Positions 57,003 through 64,000 of a stretch of DNA of 64,000 bases are shown one piece after another. The stretch covers positions 96,001 through 160,000 of the IMG/VR virus record IMGVR_UViG_3300023053_000001. One strand, 5' to 3'. Source of the stretch: a virus (Duplodnaviria; Caudoviricetes). How positions within the stretch are numbered: position 1 is the stretch's first letter; each line of letters begins with the position of its first letter. The notes below the pieces were generated by a model. It did not search any database and had not been told where the DNA came from. It saw nothing but the letters and a program-made list of their open reading frames with translations. The translations under genes were made by a program, and so were the position numbers.

Positions 57003-59144
57003 TTAGGTCAGTTCGAGGATGTACAGGTCGAACTCGGTATCGGCCACGGCACCGTTGGCGTCAGTTGCACGCACGGTGAGCTTGGTCGGGCCGCCACGAC
57101 GGAAGGTCGCGCGATACACGCCGGTCACCGGATCGATGCTCTGGGCTTCGACGTAGTCGTGCTTGGGCTTGGGCAGGCTGTAGGTGTACGGAGCGGTACC
57201 GCCCAGTGCACGGAACAGTTCCTGGTACTCGTTGCTCTGACTACCGTTCTCCAGCGTGGTCACTCCTTCCACACCCTGCACGGTCACGCGCAGCGGGGAG
57301 CTGGTCACCGGCGGCGAAGCCCGGTTGAAGGACAGCTTGGACACCACCAGGTACTGCACGTTCTGGTAGCTGGAGACCACGTAGATCACCGAGCTACCAT
57401 CAGCACGCTTGCGCGTCAGACGGGTGTAGCCGGCCGGGATGTCGGAGAACTCGGTCATGTCCTCGGCGATCTTCATCAGCGTGTGGAGTTTCTCCACAAA
57501 GCCCTGCGTGATCGGGTCCATGCGGTCATGGTCCAGATGGCTGGTGCTCACGGCGATGTAGTCGGTCCACTGGTCGAAGAACTTGTTCACCCCATCCCGG
57601 TTCTGCGGACCGCCCACGGCCAGCAACGTCACGGTCTTGTAGGAGGTCGGAACCACCGAGTTGACCTTGTCGATGTGGGCGTTGTTGTAAGCGGTACCGA
57701 TGGAGAACAGGCGAGCCAACGGATTGGCGCGAGCCACTTCCACCACCGGCGAGTACAGACCCGGGTCCAGCGTCTTGTTGGGAATCGCGTAGGGATTCCA
57801 CTGCGGGATCAGGATGAACTCGGTGGAGGTGAAGATGTCCGGGAAGATCTCAGCCCATTCCTCACGGGTATGGGTGGAGTTGCCCAGAATCCACTCGATC
57901 AGACGTTCCTTGTAGGCGTCGATGTTGTCACCGGCCGCACCGTAGATCAGCGAACGCCAGTTGGTCGGCAGACGGTAGGTCGGGTCATCCGGATCACGGA
58001 ACTCGAACATCGTCGACTTGGCGATCGTGTAGGGATCGCCGGCGGCCAGCTGCTGCAGCTTCAGGAACACTTCTTCGTCGGTCCGCTTGGCAACCAGCTC
58101 TTCGACTTGACCGCGGGTCTTGAAGAAGTCATCCAGGTTGTCAATCGGTGCCAGATGGGCGAACTCGTATTCGTCGTACTGGGTGGAGAAGGCCGCGTTG
58201 GACATCCACAGCTTGACACGGGCCTTGGCCATGTAACCCGGGCTCGGGTCGGCACGGGCGGCGAGGAACGCATCACCGTTGATGCTCTGCAGCTGCTGCG
58301 GCTGGTCTTCCAGCAAGTAGAAGGTGATCGACTCGGGCAGCCAGATGGTGCCCTGCTGGATCATGGTCGCCACGGTCACATCGTAGATGCGCGTACCGAA
58401 TTCAGCCAGCACCGCCTGACGGAAGATTTCCGTGCTGGCAGTGAAGCTGCCATTCATGGCTTCGTTCCACATCCACGTGCCCATCGTGGCCAGCAGATCG
58501 CCGATGGTCAGGGGCGTATCCACCGCACCGTCGGCGGCCGTGCGCGAGGAGAACACGGTGGCCGTGATGGCCGTGCTGTTGGAACCGGCCACGCCGGCAG
58601 TGAACAGCTCACGGTCACGGGAGAAGGTCTGGCTGCGAACGCTCAGTTCACCCAGCGGGGCAACCTGATGTTCATCGTTGTTGGTCAGCGCACCGAAGGA
58701 CATGAAAGCCTTGCAGCTGAACGTGTCCGCGCCCTCGGGCAGTTCCGGGGTTTCACCACCACCACCGCCGTTACCGTCGGGGTCTTGCACCAGCATGTCG
58801 ATGGCGTAGACGTTGCCGGTACGCACACGCATCTGGATCACGAACGGGTAGTCCGGTTCCAGATTGACGCCGTAGTTGAAGGTCTCACCCGGCTGCAGCT
58901 CGATGCTGTCGTTCCAGGCGTTGGGACCACTCTGGGAGAAGTAGAGCGTGACGATGCTGGCGCCGCGGTTGTCGAACACCGCATGGAAGGTATCGCCGGC
59001 GGCCGGCATCGCATTGTCCGGGGACTGCAGCGTGACCTCGTTGGAGCCAACGACAGCGATGGACCCATTGCTGGAGTTGTAACCCTCCGGCGGAACGTTA
59101 CCGAAGTCATCGGTGAACGCATTGGGGTTCTTGAAAATGTTCAT
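57003..59144 (-). CDS. phiKZ-type virion structural protein with an extra N-terminal beta domain and a C-terminal Ig-like domain
   Basis: Core motifs APLGELSVRSQTFSRD, YDEYEFAHLAPIDNLDDFF and IFPDIFTSTEFILIPQW. Gly linker at ~aa 123-130; C-terminal GGTAPYTYS...TVRATDANG. Confidence 0.7.
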   Translation of the reverse strand: MNIFKNPNAFTDDFGNVPPEGYNSSNGSIAVVGSNEVTLQSPDNAMPAAGDTFHAVFDNRGASIVTLYFSQSGPNAWNDSIELQPGETFNYGVNLEPDYPFVIQMRVRTGNVYAIDMLVQDPDGNGGGGGETPELPEGADTFSCKAFMSFGALTNNDEHQVAPLGELSVRSQTFSRDRELFTAGVAGSNSTAITATVFSSRTAADGAVDTPLTIGDLLATMGTWMWNEAMNGSFTASTEIFRQAVLAEFGTRIYDVTVATMIQQGTIWLPESITFYLLEDQPQQLQSINGDAFLAARADPSPGYMAKARVKLWMSNAAFSTQYDEYEFAHLAPIDNLDDFFKTRGQVEELVAKRTDEEVFLKLQQLAAGDPYTIAKSTMFEFRDPDDPTYRLPTNWRSLIYGAAGDNIDAYKERLIEWILGNSTHTREEWAEIFPDIFTSTEFILIPQWNPYAIPNKTLDPGLYSPVVEVARANPLARLFSIGTAYNNAHIDKVNSVVPTSYKTVTLLAVGGPQNRDGVNKFFDQWTDYIAVSTSHLDHDRMDPITQGFVEKLHTLMKIAEDMTEFSDIPAGYTRLTRKRADGSSVIYVVSSYQNVQYLVVSKLSFNRASPPVTSSPLRVTVQGVEGVTTLENGSQSNEYQELFRALGGTAPYTYSLPKPKHDYVEAQSIDPVTGVYRATFRRGGPTKLTVRATDANGAVADTEFDLYILELT

Positions 59145-59725
59145 GGATTACTCCGGTACGGGGTAGCGGCTGGATAGGACAGGCACTGGTTCAACTCAGA
59201 CGGATACACTCGGCGCATTGCCCGAGCTTTGCTGTCCTTGTAAATCCGGTGGTGATACAAAACGTCAGGCAGGTCAATCACGTTCAAATTGGCAACGTGA
59301 GCGATCTGGGCAATGTCGCCGGCGCAGGGGTAGGGGCGATGATCAATGATGTGGATGCGCCGATATACAGGAAGGTGGTGCCGCTGGTGACCTGGACGGT
59401 TACCCACACCACAATGTTCCTGCTCTTTCGGAAAGACAGCATCGGGCCATGACTGCAAAGCCTTTGCGATCACCGCAAAGGCGCTCGGTTCGATGTAATC
59501 GTCGTCATCAACATATGTCACGTATGGCGCAGAGCCTTGCTGGTAAGCCAGCCAGCGCCCTTTGCCGATATGTCCGTCCACCCCTGCTTGCACGAACAAC
59601 TGAACTGGTACTGGCGATTGAGAGATCGCCAAGGAGATACTATCCAAGCACTGCAGTACCCAAGCCTTGGGAGTCGAAGGACTCACGAGCACATGCACGT
59701 CTATTGACAAGGATTGGTCGTACAT
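59141..59725 (-). CDS. Glycosyltransferase family 2 (GT-A fold), single domain
   Basis: Start at the ATG at 59725 with a GGAGG RBS. Motifs IDVHVLV...WVLQCLDSI, GKGRWLAYQQGSAPYVTYVDDDDYI (DxD) and PDVLYHHRIY. Confidence 0.8.
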   Translation of the reverse strand: MYDQSLSIDVHVLVSPSTPKAWVLQCLDSISLAISQSPVPVQLFVQAGVDGHIGKGRWLAYQQGSAPYVTYVDDDDYIEPSAFAVIAKALQSWPDAVFPKEQEHCGVGNRPGHQRHHLPVYRRIHIIDHRPYPCAGDIAQIAHVANLNVIDLPDVLYHHRIYKDSKARAMRRVYPSELNQCLSYPAATPYRSNP

Positions 59726-59771
59726 AGATAGCCCTCCACCGTCTATACCATTAATCGCTTCGAGGCCCACA

Positions 59772-60371
59772 ATGCCTTTCCTCGGTATTTTCACCGCACT
59801 GGTAAGGCTCTTCTGGCCCTTCATCAAAGAGTCTCTGCTCAAAGATGGAACGCTGAAGGACTTCATCAGTAAGAATCGAACCACGTGCATTTGGCTGGCA
59901 ATGATGCTGGTCATGCTCTTGGGTCAGGGCTACCTGTTTCACGAAGCACACTCCGCGCGCATCATCACTGCCCGCACAGTGACGCAGATGAATCAGATGA
60001 CGGTCAACCACACCTTGCTCCGTCAGCAGTACACCATGTTGGAAACCGACCGTAATGCGTACCGGGACAAGGTCAAAGACCTGCAGAACCAGTATGACTT
60101 GCTTGAGGCCACGCATGGCGAGATGTCGGCTGATAACGAACGCTACGAACGCATCCTGCGTGCCTGTGGCGTGGATTTGAAGTTCGAAGGTACTACCCCG
60201 CCCCAATGTCGAGCCCGCGCTGCACCAGCGCGTCCGAAGCCTGCCCGGCCCCGTCCGGTCAGCCCACCCATCACTGAAATCCCGGAACACCAACCGGAGC
60301 CTGCCAAGAAGCCTTCCGCTTGGGAGCGACTCAAGGGCATTTTCAGCCGCAAGGATAAGGACGGCGAATGA
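59772..60371 (+). CDS. Inner-membrane spanin (Rz-like) candidate
   Basis: N-proximal TM helix (CIWLAMMLVMLLGQGYLF), a periplasmic coiled coil with two Cys, and a Pro-rich tail. Overlaps the downstream lipoprotein gene by ATGA. Confidence 0.65.
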   Translation: MPFLGIFTALVRLFWPFIKESLLKDGTLKDFISKNRTTCIWLAMMLVMLLGQGYLFHEAHSARIITARTVTQMNQMTVNHTLLRQQYTMLETDRNAYRDKVKDLQNQYDLLEATHGEMSADNERYERILRACGVDLKFEGTTPPQCRARAAPARPKPARPRPVSPPITEIPEHQPEPAKKPSAWERLKGIFSRKDKDGE

Positions 60372-60703
60372 AATCCACCGCCAGTGCCTCATTGCTCGTT
60401 GCCATCCTCCTGTTGACCGGGTGTGTTGGGTACTTCCATATCGGAGGTTCCAGCACCCGGCCCAACAAGGTGGAGATTCGCTACGGGCAATCCCCCGCAC
60501 CCGTGTCTCGCTGTCCACCCTACCAGCCTCCGGCTGATAAGGAATGGCCGGCCTACCCGCAGTTTGTTGGGACCGAGTCCGATGATGAGATCATCGATGC
60601 TCTGGGCCATGAACTGGTTGCCCTTCATCAACGTCATCGTGACTACGTGCAGGATAACCAGAAGAAGTATCAAGAGTACGTCCAGCGTTGCATGTCACAG
60701 TAA
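60368..60703 (+). CDS. Outer-membrane lipoprotein spanin (Rz1-like) candidate
   Basis: Signal peptide with lipobox LLLTG-C, Pro-rich linker CPPYQPP, and a C-terminal helix containing Cys. Confidence 0.7.
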   Translation: MKSTASASLLVAILLLTGCVGYFHIGGSSTRPNKVEIRYGQSPAPVSRCPPYQPPADKEWPAYPQFVGTESDDEIIDALGHELVALHQRHRDYVQDNQKKYQEYVQRCMSQ

Positions 60704-60751
60704 TTCTCGATCGCTGGGCGAAATCATACAGTCCTGTACCATGGAATATTC

Positions 60752-62305
60752 ATGTCCACCGAAGCCAAGCCCGCCCTGAATGCGGTATTTTACACCGACG
60801 GCGGCTACCGCCAGACCGTCCAATTGGGCGGCTGGGCCCTGCACGGTTACACCTACACCGATGAAGTGCCCAAGACGGGTACTGGCCACAAGACGGCGTA
60901 CCTGACCCGTAAGGGTTACCTGACCAACACCGAAGTGCATGAAAAGAAGATCCCTGAAGAGGAGATCGCCAAGCACACCGACATCGTGGTCCAGGAATAC
61001 GTCAGCTCCTTCGGTAGCCTGCTGCCGCCGGTCACCAACAACACGGCCGAACTGCATGCCTTCACCAAGGCACTGGAGTTCACGATCGAGAAGAAGATCG
61101 AGAACGTGATGTTGCGCATCGACAGCAAGTACGTGATGGACAACTATCGCGACCAGATGGACAAGTGGCGTGCCAACAACTGGCTGAAGGCCGATGGCCA
61201 ACCGCCGGCGAACGTGGATATGTGGAAGCGCGCTGCGGAACTGAAAGCACAGCTGCGCGAAGCCGGTATCAAGATCGACATGCTCTGGGTCAAGGGGCAT
61301 TCGGGTGAGTTCGGCAATGACATGGTGGATAAGTATTGCACCCGTTCCATGTTGGCTGCGGCCAACGGTACGCCGGTGGAATACCATCAGGTCTCCAGCG
61401 CCAAGGGCTTCTGGTCGCGCAAGACCGATCGCTCGCGCATGGTGCATCTGCCCCACTGGTACTTCCATGCCCTCAACCGTGACGGGTACAAAACCCCGGA
61501 CGGTCGCACCATCTACTACACCGGTTTCTCCGGCAAGGGTGGCGCGAAGAAGGATGGCGATGACAAGAAGGAAGTCGATCCGCTGGAACTGTTCGGTAAG
61601 CGCGTGTCTGACGCTCGCTTCTCCGTGGCATACCTGCGCGAAGGCGACCCGGTCATGGAGTGCCTGCGTGAGACCTGCATCGAGATGGCCGAAGGTCGTT
61701 ACTTGGGTTTGATGGTGGGAGAGCTGCGTAACATCCTGTCTTCTACCCATTATCTGGAGATCGAAGAATTCGGTGCCAAGTTGCTCAAGCGCGATCATGC
61801 GCGCCTGCGACTGAGTAACGTCGTCTCCGCCGGTGAGGAGGTTTTGCTGACCCGTGAGATTCGACCGGCACGCCTTGCGTACTCGGCGATCGACACGCTC
61901 AATGCACTCGAGCGCGTACTGGCGGCACATGTGGAAAAGCCCAATCAAGGTGCTATGCGCAGCACTGAGATTACGGACATACTTTATGAGACTGACGGTA
62001 GCAAGAAGAAAAGCGCTGTCAAGCTCAAAAGCCACATCTCCTCTACCCTACGGTCGTTGGATGTGAAAGCCGGGTATGCCGTACGTGCTGAAGATCACGC
62101 AGAATTCACACTCAAACTGACACTGGGTTTGGACCTGCCGGATCGAAACACGTTGGCTGCGCTGGCTAGCGAGGGGGTGCGGGCTTGGGTTGTGACTTGG
62201 CCCGAATCCGCAGAAGCTATTCGCTATGCAACCATTGTCGACTCGGACGGAGATATTGGACTGTGGTGTGCTGCCTACTCCAATCTCCAACTGATCAAGC
62301 CCTAG
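60752..62305 (+). CDS. rnhA: RNase HI with long jumbo-phage-specific C-terminal extension (phiKZ gp155-like)
   Basis: Motifs FYTDGG, TNNTAEL, IDSKYV, NVDMW and WVKGHSGEFGNDMVD. Confidence 0.92.
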   Translation: MSTEAKPALNAVFYTDGGYRQTVQLGGWALHGYTYTDEVPKTGTGHKTAYLTRKGYLTNTEVHEKKIPEEEIAKHTDIVVQEYVSSFGSLLPPVTNNTAELHAFTKALEFTIEKKIENVMLRIDSKYVMDNYRDQMDKWRANNWLKADGQPPANVDMWKRAAELKAQLREAGIKIDMLWVKGHSGEFGNDMVDKYCTRSMLAAANGTPVEYHQVSSAKGFWSRKTDRSRMVHLPHWYFHALNRDGYKTPDGRTIYYTGFSGKGGAKKDGDDKKEVDPLELFGKRVSDARFSVAYLREGDPVMECLRETCIEMAEGRYLGLMVGELRNILSSTHYLEIEEFGAKLLKRDHARLRLSNVVSAGEEVLLTREIRPARLAYSAIDTLNALERVLAAHVEKPNQGAMRSTEITDILYETDGSKKKSAVKLKSHISSTLRSLDVKAGYAVRAEDHAEFTLKLTLGLDLPDRNTLAALASEGVRAWVVTWPESAEAIRYATIVDSDGDIGLWCAAYSNLQLIKP

Positions 62306-62367
62306 CTTGATTGGTCTCAACGTACCCAGGGGAGCCGGTGCTCCCCGACATCCTTAGAGGTGTTTTC

Positions 62368-62859
62368 ATGAATGTGTCGTTGAAGCAGCAAGAGTCGGTG
62401 GCGGAGCGTGACTCGTTTGTCGATAACATGCGACAGAAGCTGTCTGCGTTGCGCGATCGAACCATTCTGTTTCTCTTGTCTCGCATGACCAACACGCATG
62501 CGAAGCGCATCCTGTTTCTTACATCGCTGTACTGTCGAGTAGTCAGGCTCGAACATCTGCGCGATGACACCATCGATCAGCTCAATGGACTGCTGGCTCT
62601 GGCCAAGCGGAAAGAAGCACTGCGCCTTCCGGCAGCGGTACAAGGGATTGTCTGGACTGATGAACTCAGCTCCCAGGTGCGGGCAGAACTGCACCAGAGC
62701 GAGTTCGACGAAACCAAGGCGGTGGAGTTGGCCCGTCGAGTAATTGACGGATCGAAATCGTGGATGCTCTATGGTAAGAGCGGTGAGATGGAACAGGACA
62801 TCATCACGATGTTCCGCGACATTCACGACGAAAGTCTCCGCGTACCGGCTATGGCATAA
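62368..62859 (+). CDS. Hypothetical protein
   Basis: ATG at 62368 with a GAGGT RBS. Predicted helical; no recognised motif. Confidence 0.6.
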   Translation: MNVSLKQQESVAERDSFVDNMRQKLSALRDRTILFLLSRMTNTHAKRILFLTSLYCRVVRLEHLRDDTIDQLNGLLALAKRKEALRLPAAVQGIVWTDELSSQVRAELHQSEFDETKAVELARRVIDGSKSWMLYGKSGEMEQDIITMFRDIHDESLRVPAMA

Positions 62860-62869
62860 TGCCACTAGC

Positions 62870-62916
62870 GTCATAAGCCCCTCCTGCCCCGTGTGGGGCA
62901 GGAGGGGCGCTATGCC
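62870..62916. terminator. Bidirectional CATAA...TATGC hairpin
   Basis: GCCCCTCCTGCCCC/GGGGCAGGAGGGGC stem between convergent stop codons. Confidence 0.85.
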
Positions 62917-62917
62917 G

Positions 62918-63787
62918 TTACTTGGCCTTGTTCATGGTGATGAACGTATTGATCGCCTTCTGAGTCTCGGTGATCGAGTTGCTCAGTTCGGTGATGCGAT
63001 ACCGCAGCAGGCCGTAGTGTTCCAGCTCACGGGCCAGCTGGAAGGTGATGTCCGACAGGTTCTTCACCGCCGCCGGGCTGGCGATGTCCGGATTGCCGTG
63101 GACCATGGTGACCAGCTCGCCCATCATCATGGTGATGCGTTCGGTCAGCTTGACGATGCGCTTCTGCCCATCCAGACCGAAGGCCCGCTCCAACTTCTCC
63201 AGTTCCTTGACCAGATCGTAGATGTCCTGGTTGCGGTGGAAGGCCTTGCCGTACTTGACCAGGCTCTCGCGACGACCGCTGTGGGTGAAGCTGTCCTGGA
63301 TCTTCTTTTCCACGGCCTTGGTGTCGTGCAGACGGAAGCCGGGGATCTGCAGGTTCTGGCTCAGGTTGCGCAGGTTCTCCGGCGCGCCCAGCATCGTGCC
63401 CAGCCACGTTTCGAACGGCGCGAGCACTTCGGACTCCAGCTTGTCAGCCAGATCGCCGGACTGGTTCAGCACACGCACGTAGGCCAGCAGGTCGGTGGCC
63501 AGGCCCTCGGGAACCAGCACATCGATGTTGCGGATGTCGGCGTAGTTGATGTGCGTCAACTTGTCGGCCGTGTCGCGCAGGTCCTTGGTCTTGAAGTAGA
63601 ACGTGCCGGGGTTACCCATGAACTTCGCATAGAAGGTCTGGGCACTGCCGAACAGGGCTGGCAGGCGAGCCACGGCAGCACGCAGGGAGTCGGCGCCAGC
63701 GAAAGATTCCACAGCGATGATGTCACGCTGGGTCTGCAGCGCTTCCATCGACTGGGAGGCATCGGCAGGGAGTTGGATATGGTACAT
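62918..63787 (-). CDS. Probable internal head protein (helical, with S/A-X-E maturation motifs)
   Basis: Start probably the ATG at 63787 (AGGTG RBS; ORF track uses the GTG at 63796). N-terminal SMEA and AVESF resemble phiKZ prohead-protease sites; high GC3. Confidence 0.55.
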   Translation of the reverse strand: MYHIQLPADASQSMEALQTQRDIIAVESFAGADSLRAAVARLPALFGSAQTFYAKFMGNPGTFYFKTKDLRDTADKLTHINYADIRNIDVLVPEGLATDLLAYVRVLNQSGDLADKLESEVLAPFETWLGTMLGAPENLRNLSQNLQIPGFRLHDTKAVEKKIQDSFTHSGRRESLVKYGKAFHRNQDIYDLVKELEKLERAFGLDGQKRIVKLTERITMMMGELVTMVHGNPDIASPAAVKNLSDITFQLARELEHYGLLRYRITELSNSITETQKAINTFITMNKAK

Positions 63788-63906
63788 GGCAAACACCTTT
63801 GGTAGATGGAAATCGGCAGACCGTAGTCTTCATACAGTTACGCTAAAAAATCACGTAGGCAGGCTATTCTATAGCACATCCTTTCGCAACACTCCAAGGC
63901 CCATCC

Positions 63907-64000
63907 ATGTCAGCAGCCATTGACCTTTTCGCAGATTTCGAACCGTCCCCGGAGATTCGCCCCATCATGAATGTGGGTGCCGGTCTGGACGTTCCCACCG
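63907..64000 (+). CDS. uvsX: UvsX/RecA-like recombinase, N-terminus; runs off the right edge
   Basis: Manual translation gives MSAAIDLFADFEPSPEIRPIMNVGAGLDVPT, matching the recalled phiKZ-type UvsX start (IRPxxNVGxxxDxPTG). Located near RNase H, as in phiKZ. Confidence 0.65.
   Translation, partial: MSAAIDLFADFEPSPEIRPIMNVGAGLDVPT

Noticed and set aside
59141-59914. ORF-track start at 59914 for the glycosyltransferase, and extended starts at 3819, 19078, 24299, 40944 and 59667
   Set aside because: The extensions run through terminators or opposite-strand genes. Downstream starts with clear RBSs were used instead.

Overview
The whole window reads as a 64-kb segment of a GC-rich phiKZ-related jumbo phage (Chimalliviridae-like). 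The host is possibly Xanthomonadaceae, which is inference from one tail-associated gene. The conserved core, in recognisable phiKZ-like order, is: DnaB helicase (truncated at the left edge), major capsid protein, a split non-virion RNA polymerase beta subunit, portal, baseplate/tail structural proteins, RuvC, His-repeat tail fibres, central spike, SbcC, a spanin pair, RNase H and the start of UvsX/RecA at the right edge. Inserted into this core is a ~25-kb receptor-binding array (14.9-39.6 kb). It holds two giant multidomain tail proteins (LamG, Calx-beta, Ig-like, propeller repeats) and four tandem fibres ending in S74-type chaperone domains, two intact and two degenerate. Two small adhesin-like paralogues and a fibre assembly chaperone follow. 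Other notable points: a 20-codon in-frame extension behind the capsid UGA stop, a glycosyltransferase coupled to a virion structural operon, an acidic protein with tandem KOW/EF-P-like barrels, and a family of GCATA...TATGC hairpins placed directly after stop codons. No tRNA, rRNA, CRISPR array, integrase or transposase was seen. Family assignments come from motif recognition and recalled gene order, not from database searches.
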